Shown: positions 15,565-25,521, numbered from the stretch's first letter. The stretch: DNA of 35,688 nucleotides from Acidimicrobiia bacterium (GCA_030599515.1 JAUVNV010000002.1:1-35688); one strand, 5' to 3'. Numbers and translations: made by a program. Notes: generated by a model from the letters alone, not told the origin.

Positions 15565-16710
15565 ATGTTCTCATCGAAACCGATCACGCCGATCATCCTC
15601 TTGCTCTTCCTGGCGCTGCTCGCCGTCGTCCCCGTTCCCGCCGGTGCGCAGACGAAGAAGGCCGTCGACAACGCCGAAGCTGCTCAGGAACGGGCGTATC
15701 AAGAGCTGATCGAAGCCAACCAGGCCGTTGGTGAGGCGATCTCCGAACTGGAGGGCATCGAGGCCGAACTCCAGGAGCTCAACTACACGATCACGCGACT
15801 CGATCGGAAGATCGCTGAGTTCGACGAGCAGGTCGACACCCTTCGCGCCGATGCCCAGGAACTCGTCGTCGAGGCGTATACGAACTCGGGGACGGGCCTC
15901 GTCACGGCTGCGTTCACCGCCGGCTCGATCCAGGATCTTCTCACCAGCCAGACTCTCATCGGCCATGCCACCGAACGGGATCTCGCATCGCTCGACCTTC
16001 TCACCGCGGTCAACCGCGAGAACGATCGTCTGAAAGTCGAGATCGCCGAGAAGCGGGCCGAGGTAGAGGTCCTCGAGGAGCAGCAAACGGTCGTCGTGGA
16101 GCGCCTCTCTCTCGAAAGGGAGAAGGCTGATCGGGTCTTCGCTGAGGCCCAGGACAAGTACAAAGATGCCTACGCCAGGTATCAAGCCGAGCTCCGCAGG
16201 CAAGCCGAGGAAGCTGCTCGACGCGCGCGAGAGGAAGCCGCACGGCAACAGGCCGCGAACAATGCGTCGGCCGCTGCCAGCAGCAGTGCCGCCGCCGGCC
16301 TCCCGGCTTCGAACACACCCGGCCTCGTCTGTCCGGTCGCCGGCAACACGTGGTTCATCGACACCTGGGGTGCCCCACGACCCGGCGGACGAACACACAA
16401 GGGCGTCGACATGTCCGGGGCGATGGGAACGCCGCTCGTCGCGATGAACTCCGGCAAGGTTCGACTCAACTGGCACTCGGCGGGCGGTCGGCAGGTCTAC
16501 GTCTACGGCGACGACGGCAACTTCTACTACTACGCGCACCTGAGCGGGTACGCCGCCGGGCTGACCAACGGCCAGCGAGTGAGCAAGGGTCAACTCATCG
16601 GTTACATGGGAGCGACGGGGAACGCCTCGACCTCCCACCTCCATCTCGGCATGGGCCGCATCGGCGGCGCCTACGTGAACCCGTATCCGACGGTCCGACG
16701 AGTGTGCTGA
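15565..16710 (+). CDS. Secreted coiled-coil / M23 family metallopeptidase
   Basis: A signal peptide (MFSSKPITPIILLLFLALLAVVPVPAGA) is followed by a long coiled coil. The C-terminal M23 motifs are HKGVDM and YYAHL ... GNASTSHLHL. Confidence 0.85.
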   Translation: MFSSKPITPIILLLFLALLAVVPVPAGAQTKKAVDNAEAAQERAYQELIEANQAVGEAISELEGIEAELQELNYTITRLDRKIAEFDEQVDTLRADAQELVVEAYTNSGTGLVTAAFTAGSIQDLLTSQTLIGHATERDLASLDLLTAVNRENDRLKVEIAEKRAEVEVLEEQQTVVVERLSLEREKADRVFAEAQDKYKDAYARYQAELRRQAEEAARRAREEAARQQAANNASAAASSSAAAGLPASNTPGLVCPVAGNTWFIDTWGAPRPGGRTHKGVDMSGAMGTPLVAMNSGKVRLNWHSAGGRQVYVYGDDGNFYYYAHLSGYAAGLTNGQRVSKGQLIGYMGATGNASTSHLHLGMGRIGGAYVNPYPTVRRVC

Positions 16711-16726
16711 TGCCGACTTCGGCGCA

Positions 16727-16742
16727 GTAGTCCGTAGTCCGT
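16727..16742. repeat. Short heptamer repeat (gtagtcc x2) in the convergent M23/coiled-coil spacer
   Basis: Reads gcagtagtccgtagtccgt. The reverse complement (ggactac) occurs in the 23683-23794 array. Confidence 0.6.
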
Positions 16743-16755
16743 GAACACTGTCTCG

Positions 16756-17205
16756 TCAGGCGATGAAGGCGAGCAGCGCCGCGAAGATGGCTGCGAGCGC
16801 GGTCATGCCACCGATCATGGTCACCGTGTAGGTTCGCAACTGATCGCGAATGACGTCCTGGAGGCCGTACATGCGATCGTCCATCGTCTCGAACCGCCGG
16901 TCCATTCGATCGAAACGCTGATCGACCTGCTCAAACCGCTGATCGACCTGCTCAAACCGCTGATCCACCTGCTCAAACCGCTGATCAACGAGATGGAACC
17001 GTCCGTCGATGGCGTCGAACCGGGCGCCGAGCAGTTCTTCGAGACGGTCGAATCGCCGCTCCAGCACGGCGACATCCGATCTCGTCGCCATCCGGGCCCC
17101 CGGTTCGGCTGGTAGGTACGTCATGAGCGTGTCGGCGTGTTCGTGACCGAGCACCTCCTCAAGACGAGCATACAGGGCACCGGCATCAGAGATGGGAGTG
17201 GACAT
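16756..17205 (-). CDS. Tail-anchored coiled-coil protein with 7-aa tandem repeats (DQRFEQV)
   Basis: ATG 17205 is preceded by AAAGGAG. The protein carries RFDRLEE / DGRFHLV / DQRFEQV x3 / DQRFDRM / DRRFETM repeats and a C-terminal TM segment (MIGGMTALAAIFAALLAFIA). Confidence 0.6.
   Translation of the reverse strand: MSTPISDAGALYARLEEVLGHEHADTLMTYLPAEPGARMATRSDVAVLERRFDRLEELLGARFDAIDGRFHLVDQRFEQVDQRFEQVDQRFEQVDQRFDRMDRRFETMDDRMYGLQDVIRDQLRTYTVTMIGGMTALAAIFAALLAFIA
16897..17001. repeat. 21-nt tandem repeats inside the coiled-coil gene (3 near-identical central units plus degenerate flanking units)
   Basis: ctgatcgacctgctcaaaccg occurs at 16918-16938 and 16939-16959. A copy with one substitution is at 16960-16980, and degenerate copies lie on both sides. 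Confidence 0.9.
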
Positions 17206-17267
17206 GGCGACTCCTTTCTGGTCCACGCCATAGTGTCATGCGCCTGCGACAGATTCTCGGCACTTGT

Positions 17268-17309
17268 GTCTTGCGTCTTGTGTCTTGCGTCTTGCTACTC
17301 AGCTACTCA
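17268..17309. repeat. Heptanucleotide array (6 units) in a divergent spacer
   Basis: Units: gtcttgc gtcttgt gtcttgc gtcttgc tactcag ctactca. Confidence 0.85.
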
Positions 17310-17317
17310 TGCCGTCC

Positions 17318-17323
17318 TAGCCT
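17318..17323 (+). promoter_or_regulatory. Candidate -10 box TAGCCT, 9 nt upstream of the ABC ATPase ATG
   Basis: Reads cTAGCCTgctgcacccATG. It fits TANNNT and there is no SD. Confidence 0.3.
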
Positions 17324-17332
17324 GCTGCACCC

Positions 17333-18256
17333 ATGGCTCCCCTCATCCAGGCAACCGGTTTGACCAAACGATTCGGTGAGTTCGTCGCGGTCGACGGCAT
17401 CGATTTCTCGGTCGAACAGGGTGAGTCGTTCGGATTCCTCGGCCCGAACGGCGCCGGGAAGACCTCGACGATGCGGATGATCGGTGCGGTCAGTCCGATC
17501 ACGGAAGGGACACTCTCCGTGTTGGGCCTTGACCCCGAGCAACAGGGGCCCCAGCTTCGGTCCCGGCTCGGTGTCGTGCCACAGGAGGACAACCTCGATC
17601 AGGAACTCACCGTCTACGACAACCTCATGATGTACGGCCGCTACTTCGACCTGTCGCGAGCCGTTGTCAGAGAGCGAATCGACGAACTGCTCGAGTTTGT
17701 CCAACTCACCGAGAAGCGCCGATCCAAGGTGGACGCTCTGTCCGGCGGAATGAAGCGGCGACTGACGATCGCGAGAGGTCTCATCAACGAACCTGATCTC
17801 CTCATCCTGGATGAGCCCACGACCGGACTCGACCCACAGGCGCGCCACGTCCTCTGGGATCGCCTCTACCGGCTCAAGCAGCAGGGCGTGACGCTGATCA
17901 TCACCACGCACTACATGGATGAAGCGGAACAACTCTGCGACCGTCTCGTGGTCATGGACAAGGCGAAGATCGTCGCTGAAGGCTCACCACTCTCGCTCAT
18001 CGAGGAGTACGCCCCACGCGAGGTTGTTGAAGTGCGCTTCCCCGCAGGCGTGCTCGACGGGGTCGCCGGGCGAGTCGAAGATCTCGCCCCCCGAACCGAG
18101 GTTCTCGCCGATCGCGCTCTCCTGTACACGGACGATGCCGAGGAGACGATCGCAAGAATCGCGACCACCGGCCTGGAACCCGAGACGATATTGGCCAGGA
18201 GATCGTCCCTCGAGGACGTGTTCCTCCGCCTCACCGGCCGATCCCTCATCGATTGA
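17333..18256 (+). CDS. ABC transporter ATP-binding protein (ABC-2 / DrrA-NodI type)
   Basis: Walker A GPNGAGKTS, signature LSGGMKRRL and Walker B LLILDEPTTGLD are present. Two ABC-2 permease genes follow. Confidence 0.9.
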   Translation: MAPLIQATGLTKRFGEFVAVDGIDFSVEQGESFGFLGPNGAGKTSTMRMIGAVSPITEGTLSVLGLDPEQQGPQLRSRLGVVPQEDNLDQELTVYDNLMMYGRYFDLSRAVVRERIDELLEFVQLTEKRRSKVDALSGGMKRRLTIARGLINEPDLLILDEPTTGLDPQARHVLWDRLYRLKQQGVTLIITTHYMDEAEQLCDRLVVMDKAKIVAEGSPLSLIEEYAPREVVEVRFPAGVLDGVAGRVEDLAPRTEVLADRALLYTDDAEETIARIATTGLEPETILARRSSLEDVFLRLTGRSLID

Positions 18257-19032
18257 TGGCGACTCCGATTCCGCTCCGAGTCTTCGAATCCGAAGCCAGG
18301 GTGTACCGCCGCACCTGGCGCGGTTCGATGTTCTCGAGCTTCCTCAGCCCGGTCCTCTACCTCGCTGCAATGGGCGTCGGCCTCGGCTCCCTCGTCGATC
18401 AGAACCTCCCCGGCGGCGTTGAAGGTGTCTCCTACCTCACGTTCCTCGCTCCCGGCCTCCTCGTCGCCACCGCCATGCAGACGGGCGCCGGTGAAGGCGC
18501 CTGGAAGGTCATGGCCGGCATCAAATGGGTGAAGACCTACCACGCGAAGCTCGCCACACCGATCGGGATCCCGAGTCTGGTCGCCGGTCACATGCTGTGG
18601 GCGGGAGCACGCGTATTGATGGTTTCCGTGATCTTCGCGGTGATCATGTCGGCGTTCCGAGTCGCCCCACTCATGCAGTCCCTGCTCGCCGTGGGACCAG
18701 CCCTCCTGGTTGGGCTTGCCATGGCGGCCGCCACCACCGCGTTCACCGCCAGGCTCGAGGAACCCACCGGCCTCCCCCTGTACTTTCGTTTCGTCGTCAT
18801 CCCGATGTTCCTGTTCTCTGGTGCCTTCTTCCCCATCACGCAACTCCCCGGTTGGCTCCAATCGATCGCTCTCGCCACACCGATGTTCCACGGCGTCGAA
18901 CTGAGTCGGTCAATTGTTGTGGGGACCGAACCGGCCGTCGCGTGGTGGATCAGCGTGATGTATCTCGTGACATGGATCGCTGTCGGTACCGCCCTGGCGA
19001 TCGGCCCCTTTCGGAAGCGACTGACACCATGA
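18253..19032 (+). CDS. ABC-2 type transporter permease
   Basis: 259-aa polytopic membrane protein. The start overlaps the ATPase stop (ATGA). Confidence 0.8.
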   Translation: MMATPIPLRVFESEARVYRRTWRGSMFSSFLSPVLYLAAMGVGLGSLVDQNLPGGVEGVSYLTFLAPGLLVATAMQTGAGEGAWKVMAGIKWVKTYHAKLATPIGIPSLVAGHMLWAGARVLMVSVIFAVIMSAFRVAPLMQSLLAVGPALLVGLAMAAATTAFTARLEEPTGLPLYFRFVVIPMFLFSGAFFPITQLPGWLQSIALATPMFHGVELSRSIVVGTEPAVAWWISVMYLVTWIAVGTALAIGPFRKRLTP

Positions 19033-19832
19033 CGACCGACCATCTCGTCGCCAGGGTCGTGCCACCGCTCCCACGCCGGTGGCGGGGTCGATATCTCGTA
19101 GAGCGAAACCTTCTCTCGACCAAGTCGTTCTGGCCGGTCTTCCTCTCGGGATTCTTCGAACCTGTCTTCTACCTGTTCGCCATCGGCGTCGGCATCGGGC
19201 AACTTGCCGGTGATGTTGAGGTAGCCGGTATCCCCGTCGAATACACGGCGTTCGTCGCACCGGCGATGCTGGCCGCGTCCGCTATGAACGGCGCTGTTTT
19301 CGAGTCGACGAACCTGTTCTTCAAGCTGAAATACGGGAAGATCTACGACGGAGTCCTGGCAACCCCGCTTGAGGCCAAGGACGTCGCAACCGGGGAGATA
19401 GCCTGGGCTCTCGGTCGTGGAGCGATCTACTCAGCAGCATTCCTCGTCGTGATGGCCGTGATGGGCCTCATCCACTCCCCGTACGGCGTGCTCGCCTTCC
19501 CCGCCGCGATCCTCATCGGATTCGCGTTTGGAGCCGTCGGGACCGCCGCAACGACCTACATGAGGACCTGGCAGGACCTCGACCTGGTCGCGCTCGTCAC
19601 GCTCCCGCTGTTCCTCTTCTCCGCGACGTTCTATCCGATCGACGTCTACCCGGAGTTCATCCAGATCGTCACGTGGATCTCGCCGCTGTACCACGGCGTC
19701 ATCCTGATCCGTGGCCTCACGCTCGGGATTCTCGAGTGGACGATGCTGATCAACGTCACCTACCTCATGGCCATGGGTATCGCCGGGTCGTGGGTCACCG
19801 GTCGCCGCATCGGGAACCTGCTTCTGAAATAG
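19029..19832 (+). CDS. ABC-2 type transporter permease (second subunit)
   Basis: ATG 19029 overlaps the upstream stop (ATGA). It is a hydrophobic 267-aa product. The longer ORF starting at 18525 is an out-of-frame read-through of the previous gene. Confidence 0.8.
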   Translation: MTTDHLVARVVPPLPRRWRGRYLVERNLLSTKSFWPVFLSGFFEPVFYLFAIGVGIGQLAGDVEVAGIPVEYTAFVAPAMLAASAMNGAVFESTNLFFKLKYGKIYDGVLATPLEAKDVATGEIAWALGRGAIYSAAFLVVMAVMGLIHSPYGVLAFPAAILIGFAFGAVGTAATTYMRTWQDLDLVALVTLPLFLFSATFYPIDVYPEFIQIVTWISPLYHGVILIRGLTLGILEWTMLINVTYLMAMGIAGSWVTGRRIGNLLLK

Positions 19833-19906
19833 TCAATCGACGAAACACGTTCTACAAGGAGTGGAGCATTGATACGCTCGGGCCCGGAGCAACGAAGGAG
19901 ATCACC

Positions 19907-20122
19907 GTGTCCACCAGAACACTGACCGTCCCCGAGATCTCGTGCGGACATTGCAAGTCTTCGATCGAGGGGGCAGTGTCGCCCCTCGACGGAGTCGACA
20001 AGGTCGAGGTCCACATCGAGGAACGCACCGTCGATCTCGATTACGACGGCTCTGACACCACATTCGACGCGATCGTGGCCGCCATCGAGGAACAGGGCTA
20101 CGACGTCCCCGACCAGAGCTGA
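19907..20122 (+). CDS. copZ: Heavy-metal-associated domain copper chaperone
   Basis: GTG 19907 lies 6 nt after GAAGGAG. The HMA motif is [16 protein letters not shown]. Confidence 0.8.
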   Translation: MSTRTLTVPEISCGHCKSSIEGAVSPLDGVDKVEVHIEERTVDLDYDGSDTTFDAIVAAIEEQGYDVPDQS

Positions 20123-20145
20123 GAACGACCCGTCCGGAGTCCACG

Positions 20146-22308
20146 ATGACCGACACACAATCGATCACCTTCGATGTCGAAGGCATGACGTGCGCCTCGT
20201 GCGCGCTGAGGATCGAACGCGTCCTCGGCAAACAGGACGGTGTCGAGACGGCGATCGTCAACTACGCGGGACACGAGGCTCGGGCCGAGGTCGGCCCCGA
20301 TGTCGACGTCGAGGCCCTTCGGGCGGCGGTCGCGAAGATCGGGTACGAGATCGAACCCGTCGTCGCAGGCGAGGAGAGGGTCAGCGTCAGCGAGCGCTAC
20401 GACGAAGAGGTCATCTACCAGCGGAAGAACCTGATCGGTGCGGCCGCTCTCACCATCCCCGTGTTCCTGCTCGCCATGCTCGGCCCAGAGGAGATGTGGA
20501 ACTTCGCCCTCCAGGCGATCTTCACCACCGCGGTCGTCTTCGGTTTCGGGTGGCAGTTCCACAGGGCGGCGTGGAAACAGATCACGTCTATGAGCCCTGC
20601 GATGGACACGCTGGTGTCGGTGGGAACGATCACCGCGTGGAGCTACTCGCTGTTTGCGATGTTCGAAGGCTCTGCCGTCTTCTTCGACACCGCCGCCATG
20701 ATCACAACGCTGATCCTCCTCGGCCGGTTCTTCGAAGCACGAGCGAAGGGTCGCGCCTCTCGCGCTATCACCAAGCTCCTCGAATTGGGGGCGAAGCAAG
20801 CCCGGGTCGTCAGGGATGGTTCCGAGGTCATGGTCGACGTCGGCGATGTCCTGGTCGGAGACACCGTGGTTGTGCTGCCCGGCGAGAAGATCCCGACGGA
20901 CGGCAGGATCACGGCCGGTTCGTCGAGCGTCGACGAGTCGATGCTCACGGGCGAGTCGATGCCCGTCGACAAGGTTCCGGGAGACGATGCGTTCGGGGCG
21001 ACGATCAATCAGCAAGGCCGTCTGGAGATCAAGGTTCGGAAGGTCGGCGACGCCACGGCGCTGGCGCAGATCGTGCGACTGGTCGAGGATGCGCAGGCGA
21101 CGAAGGCTCCGGTCCAGCGTCTCGCGGATCGCGTGTCGGCCATCTTCGTTCCGACCGTTCTCGTGATCGCAGCGGTCGTGTTCGTGACCTGGATGCTCGT
21201 GAGTGGAGGGGACGTGCCGGTAGCTCTTCGCAACGCAGTTGCGGTGCTCATCATCGCCTGTCCATGTGCCATGGGCCTCGCAACTCCGACGGCGATCATG
21301 GTTGGCTCGGGACGTGGGGCCGAACTCGGTGTGCTCTTCAAGAACGCTGAGGTCTTCGAGCGGGCGCGCTCTGTGGACGTCGTGGTCTTCGACAAGACCG
21401 GAACCCTCACTCGCGGCGCGATGACCCTCACCGACGTCGTTACCGATGATGACGAGGCTCACTTCCTTGCCCTCGCCGGATCGGTCGAAGCCGCCAGCGA
21501 GCATCCGATCGGCAAGGCCGTAGCACTCGGCGCCGAGGAACGCGACGTAGAACTCTCAACGCCGACAGATTTCTCGGCACTGCGGGGCCAGGGCGTCGTC
21601 GGTACCGTCGAGGGCGTCGAGGTCACCGTCGGGAAGGCAAAGCTGATGGCCGAGCGGGGCCTCCAGATCCCCGAGCGGTACACGGACGCGATGGAACAGA
21701 TCGAGATCGCGGGTAACACGGCGTTCCTGGTCGGATGGGACGGCACCGTGCAGGGAACCATCGGCGTCGCCGATACGGTGAGGGCGTCGTCGGCCGAAGC
21801 GATCTCCACACTCAGAGAGATGGGCGTCGATATCGTCATGCTCACCGGAGACAACCGGAGAACCGCCGAGACGATCGCCGCCGAGATCGGCATCACCACC
21901 GTGATCGCCGAGGTCCTCCCCGGCGACAAGGCCGAAGAGATCCGCAGATTGCAGCACGAAGGAATCTCGGTCGGTTTCGTCGGTGACGGCATCAACGATG
22001 CTCCGGCGCTCATCCAGGCCGATCTCGGCATGGCGGTGGGATCGGGGACCGACGTCGCGATCGAAGCCGGTGACGTCGTCCTGATGAGCGGCGATCCGAT
22101 GCTTGCCGTCACCTCACTCCGGCTCGCCCGGAGGACGTTCTCGACGATCAAAGAGAATCTCTTCTGGGCCTTCGGCTACAACACCGCTGCGATCCCGCTC
22201 GCCGCACTCGGGTTCCTCAATCCGATGATCGCCGCCGGAGCGATGGCATTCTCGTCGGTCTCCGTGGTCACGAACTCTCTCCGTCTCCGTCGCTTCGACC
22301 GGAATTGA
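20146..22308 (+). CDS. copA: Copper-translocating P1B-type ATPase
   Basis: N-terminal HMA ([12 protein letters not shown]), TGES, the CPC motif ([13 protein letters not shown]), DKTGTLT and GDGINDAP are all present. Confidence 0.93.
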   Translation: MTDTQSITFDVEGMTCASCALRIERVLGKQDGVETAIVNYAGHEARAEVGPDVDVEALRAAVAKIGYEIEPVVAGEERVSVSERYDEEVIYQRKNLIGAAALTIPVFLLAMLGPEEMWNFALQAIFTTAVVFGFGWQFHRAAWKQITSMSPAMDTLVSVGTITAWSYSLFAMFEGSAVFFDTAAMITTLILLGRFFEARAKGRASRAITKLLELGAKQARVVRDGSEVMVDVGDVLVGDTVVVLPGEKIPTDGRITAGSSSVDESMLTGESMPVDKVPGDDAFGATINQQGRLEIKVRKVGDATALAQIVRLVEDAQATKAPVQRLADRVSAIFVPTVLVIAAVVFVTWMLVSGGDVPVALRNAVAVLIIACPCAMGLATPTAIMVGSGRGAELGVLFKNAEVFERARSVDVVVFDKTGTLTRGAMTLTDVVTDDDEAHFLALAGSVEAASEHPIGKAVALGAEERDVELSTPTDFSALRGQGVVGTVEGVEVTVGKAKLMAERGLQIPERYTDAMEQIEIAGNTAFLVGWDGTVQGTIGVADTVRASSAEAISTLREMGVDIVMLTGDNRRTAETIAAEIGITTVIAEVLPGDKAEEIRRLQHEGISVGFVGDGINDAPALIQADLGMAVGSGTDVAIEAGDVVLMSGDPMLAVTSLRLARRTFSTIKENLFWAFGYNTAAIPLAALGFLNPMIAAGAMAFSSVSVVTNSLRLRRFDRN

Positions 22309-22335
22309 CAGGCACCGCTTGACCCGCTGTCCTTC

Positions 22336-23664
22336 GTGCCTTCAATGAACGTCACAGTTGTTCCCACTCCCGGCCTGGGAGACTCCACCTACGTCTTCGA
22401 GCACGACGGCATCGGCTTGATCGTCGATCCGCAGCGCGACATCGATCGGTTCGTCGAGGCTGCGTCTCATCTCGACACACGATTCGTGCTCGAGACCCAC
22501 CTCCACAACGACTACGTGTCGGGGGGTAGGGCCGTTGCCGCAGCCACCGGTGCCGAACTCGTCATTCCGGCGTCTGCAGGTGTCGCGTTCAACCACCTGC
22601 CCGCCTTCCACAACGAAGAACTCCACGGAGGCCCGTTCACCGTCCGTCCGATCCACACGCCCGGTCACACACCGGAGCATGTGAGCTACCTCGTGCTCGT
22701 CGACGACGAAGCCGTGGCCCTTTTCTCCGGTGGCAGTCTCCTCGTCGGATCAGCCGGACGCACGGATCTTCTCGGCATCGACCGGGCCGACCAACTCGCC
22801 CGCCTCCAATACGGGTCGGTCACCCGCCTCGCAGCGTTGCCGGACCGTGTCTCCCTCTACCCCACACATGGAGCGGGGTCGTTCTGCACGGCGTCCGTCG
22901 CCGAGACCGATACATCGTCGATCGGTCTCGAGAAGCGATCGAACCCGGTGCTCGGACACTCTTCGGAGGACTCCTTCGTTGCAGAAGCCCTCTCCGGCCT
23001 TCAGCCGTATCCGGACTACTACGCGTACATGGCCCCGATCAACCTCGCCGGACCAGAACCGATTCCGAAGGTTCCGATTCCGTCCCTGAACGTCGACGAA
23101 GTCCCCGACGATGCCTTCCTTCTCGACATCCGGCCCCATGCCGACTACGCAGCCGGGCACCTCCCCGATTCGTACGGCCTTGAACTCGAGGATCAGATGG
23201 GTGTCTGGGCCGGGTGGCTCGTGCCATTCAATGAGCCGATTGTGCTCGTCGCCAACGGAGGGCAGGACGTCGAGAATGCCGTGACCCAGTTGGCTCGTGT
23301 CGGCTACGACCGCGTGATCGGCGTCGTCGACGACCTCACCGACCGCGAGGATCTCAGGAGCTACCGCCTTGCTCCGATCGCCGACTTCGTAGCGGAGATT
23401 CGTCTCGATTCACCACAGATCCTCGATGTTCGAGCGCCCGGAGAGTGGGCCGCCGGCTCGATCCGGCACTCGATCCACACCTACGTGCCGGACCTTCGCG
23501 ATGGGCTTCCAGAGGCTCTCGACCCACAACGACCGGTATGGATCATCTGCGGTGGTGGCTACCGGTCGGAGATGGCCGTGCGCTACCTGGAAGCGCGCGG
23601 GTTCCAACCCACCGTCGTGGTCGGCGGAGGCGTGGAGGACGTTCTGGCTGCGCTCGCTGTGTGA
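22336..23664 (+). CDS. MBL-fold hydrolase fused to two rhodanese-like domains (CstB / persulfide dioxygenase-sulfurtransferase-like architecture)
   Basis: The N-terminal metallo-beta-lactamase fold has THLHNDYVSGG (HxHxDY rather than HxHxDH) and TPGHTPEH. The C-terminal rhodanese-like region ends with a CGGGYRS active-site-like loop. An alternative start is ATG 22345. Confidence 0.8.
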   Translation: MPSMNVTVVPTPGLGDSTYVFEHDGIGLIVDPQRDIDRFVEAASHLDTRFVLETHLHNDYVSGGRAVAAATGAELVIPASAGVAFNHLPAFHNEELHGGPFTVRPIHTPGHTPEHVSYLVLVDDEAVALFSGGSLLVGSAGRTDLLGIDRADQLARLQYGSVTRLAALPDRVSLYPTHGAGSFCTASVAETDTSSIGLEKRSNPVLGHSSEDSFVAEALSGLQPYPDYYAYMAPINLAGPEPIPKVPIPSLNVDEVPDDAFLLDIRPHADYAAGHLPDSYGLELEDQMGVWAGWLVPFNEPIVLVANGGQDVENAVTQLARVGYDRVIGVVDDLTDREDLRSYRLAPIADFVAEIRLDSPQILDVRAPGEWAAGSIRHSIHTYVPDLRDGLPEALDPQRPVWIICGGGYRSEMAVRYLEARGFQPTVVVGGGVEDVLAALAV

Positions 23665-23682
23665 GAGAGCAGGGGACGGGCT

Positions 23683-23794
23683 GCAAGTAGAAAGTAGAAA
23701 GACCGGAATCGGACTACGGACCCGACTACGGGATACCGGATACCGAGTACCGAGTACCGATTACCGAGTACCGATTACCGATTACCGATTACCG
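23683..23794. repeat. Heptanucleotide array, 16 units in a single register
   Basis: Units: gcaagta gaaagta gaaagac cggaatc ggactac ggacccg actacgg gataccg gataccg agtaccg agtaccg attaccg agtaccg attaccg attaccg attaccg. The array overlaps the last codons of the protease gene. Confidence 0.95.
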
Positions 23795-24236
23795 ACAATT
23801 CAGCAAAGACCATCTCTACCACCTCATCAACTGCGGCGTCGACTTCGGGGCTCAGATTCACTCCCGGTTCGACTTTCCCGATCTCGATCCCGAAGACGAC
23901 CAACTCGTCGGGCAACATGTCGACGGCACCACCCAGGTCGATGGCTTCGACGACGCCGATGAGATGGGTCGATGCCGAGCGCCACGAGGATGGGAATCCC
24001 CCCTTCCCGTCGATACGATGAATCGAGCCGGGAACGCCACCCGAGACCACGGCGTCGACGACGACGGCCAGCCTGGCGTCGCGCCACGTGTCGAGAAGAT
24101 GTGTGGCATCCCCGACCGATTCGACCAGGGCAACCGACTCCGGAGGTCGGCCGGCGAGCCGGTCGATCACGACCGGCCCCGCAGCGTCGTCCCCCATCAT
24201 CCGGTTCCCGACCCCGATCACGACGACGTCAGCCAC
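23775..24236 (-). CDS. Hydrogenase maturation endopeptidase
   Basis: [23 protein letters not shown] is the typical HycI/HoxW-family N-terminus. The gene overlaps the large-subunit stop by 8 nt and starts with GTG. Confidence 0.8.
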   Translation of the reverse strand: MADVVVIGVGNRMMGDDAAGPVVIDRLAGRPPESVALVESVGDATHLLDTWRDARLAVVVDAVVSGGVPGSIHRIDGKGGFPSSWRSASTHLIGVVEAIDLGGAVDMLPDELVVFGIEIGKVEPGVNLSPEVDAAVDEVVEMVFAELSVIGNR

Positions 24237-25521
24237 GCTCCACCGTCAGGTCGAGGAAGTGCGTGGCGCATGAGATACACGGGTCGTAGTTGCGGATCGA
24301 CTGTTCGAGGACCCACGACAACTCGTCGTCGGGAAGATGGAGGTGCCGTTCGAGAACGAACCGGAGATCCGACTCGATCGTCAACTGGTTCTGAGCCGTC
24401 GGGGGAACGATCTGCGCGTCGGCGATACGCCCGTCGTCGTGAATCCGATATCGGTGGTACAGCAGTCCTCGGGGGGCTTCCGTCGCACCGTGCCCCTCAC
24501 CCTCGACCGCCCTGTATGCCACGTATGGCTCCGGTGGCTGCTCGTAGCCGTCGATGATCCGCAGGGACTCTTCTACTGCGTAGAGCACCTCGACGGCACG
24601 CACCACGATGCTCTTGAAGGGATTGGCGACCATGGTCCCGAGGCCAGCGTCGAAGGCCATCTCTTGAGCGAACGGCGTCAGCTTCTCGAAGTTGTTGGCG
24701 TAGCGGGCGAGCGGACCGACGTGATAGGCGCCGCGCTCGCGGATCTGCGAATGGAGGGCGTTCGATCGCTCAACGTGCTGCTCGACGAAGTAGTTGTTGT
24801 ACTCGGAGATCGCCAGGTCGAGACCCTTGCTCGAGACGATCCGACCCTCGTTGAATGGATACTCGTCGGCGTGGCTCAACGAGACGAACTCGAAATCCAT
24901 GTCGGCTTCGGGGAAGTTGAATCCGCTCACGAAGCGGATCGTCGCCACTGCTGCGTCCTTGGCCCATTCGAGTTCGGGGACGAGCGATTCGAGTTCGCGT
25001 TTCGTCGGTGTCCGGTAGAACCCGCCTACACGGACGTTGATCGGGTGAATCTCGCGCCCGCCCACGAGTGCAACGATCGAGTTCCCGGCCTTCTTGAGCC
25101 GGAGACCCTGTTCAACGACCTCCCGGTGATCGGCGGCCATGTGGACACCGCTCTCGTACCCCAGGAAGTCGGGAGCGTGGAGCAGGTAGATGTGCAGCGC
25201 GTGGCTCTCGATCCACTCGCCGCAGTAGAGCAACCTGCGCAACTCGCGCAGTGAGCCTCCAACGGTCACACCGAACGCGTCCTCCATCGCGTGGACGGCA
25301 CTCATCTGATACGCAACCGGGCAGATGCCGCAGATCCGTGCCGTGATGTCCGGTGCTTCGGTGTGGGGCCGACCCCGCATGAACGCCTCGAAGAACCGGG
25401 GCGGCTCGAAGATCGAGAACTCGACGTCCTCGATCTGATCATCGACGACCTTGACCCGCATCGATCCCTCGCCTTCGACCCGTGCCAGGTACTCGACCGA
25501 GATCTCTCTAGCGTTCGTCAT
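24229..25521 (-). CDS. hyhL: [NiFe]-hydrogenase large subunit (alpha), group 3b-like
   Basis: RVEGEG, the N-terminal [10 protein letters not shown] and the C-terminal DPCISCATH Ni-binding cysteine pairs are present. The length (430 aa) and partner subunits fit the bidirectional NADP-coupled (sulfhydrogenase-type) class. Confidence 0.9.
   Translation of the reverse strand: MTNAREISVEYLARVEGEGSMRVKVVDDQIEDVEFSIFEPPRFFEAFMRGRPHTEAPDITARICGICPVAYQMSAVHAMEDAFGVTVGGSLRELRRLLYCGEWIESHALHIYLLHAPDFLGYESGVHMAADHREVVEQGLRLKKAGNSIVALVGGREIHPINVRVGGFYRTPTKRELESLVPELEWAKDAAVATIRFVSGFNFPEADMDFEFVSLSHADEYPFNEGRIVSSKGLDLAISEYNNYFVEQHVERSNALHSQIRERGAYHVGPLARYANNFEKLTPFAQEMAFDAGLGTMVANPFKSIVVRAVEVLYAVEESLRIIDGYEQPPEPYVAYRAVEGEGHGATEAPRGLLYHRYRIHDDGRIADAQIVPPTAQNQLTIESDLRFVLERHLHLPDDELSWVLEQSIRNYDPCISCATHFLDLTVERG

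Noticed and set aside
19876-19890. gctcgggcccggagc upstream of copZ could be a CsoR-type operator.
   Set aside because: The palindrome is imperfect, with only the central gggccc symmetric. It has no resemblance I can defend to known CsoR operators.
23683-23794. I asked whether the tandem arrays could be CRISPR arrays.
   Set aside because: The units are 7 nt and directly abutting. There are no spacers, no 25-40-nt repeats, and no cas genes in the window.
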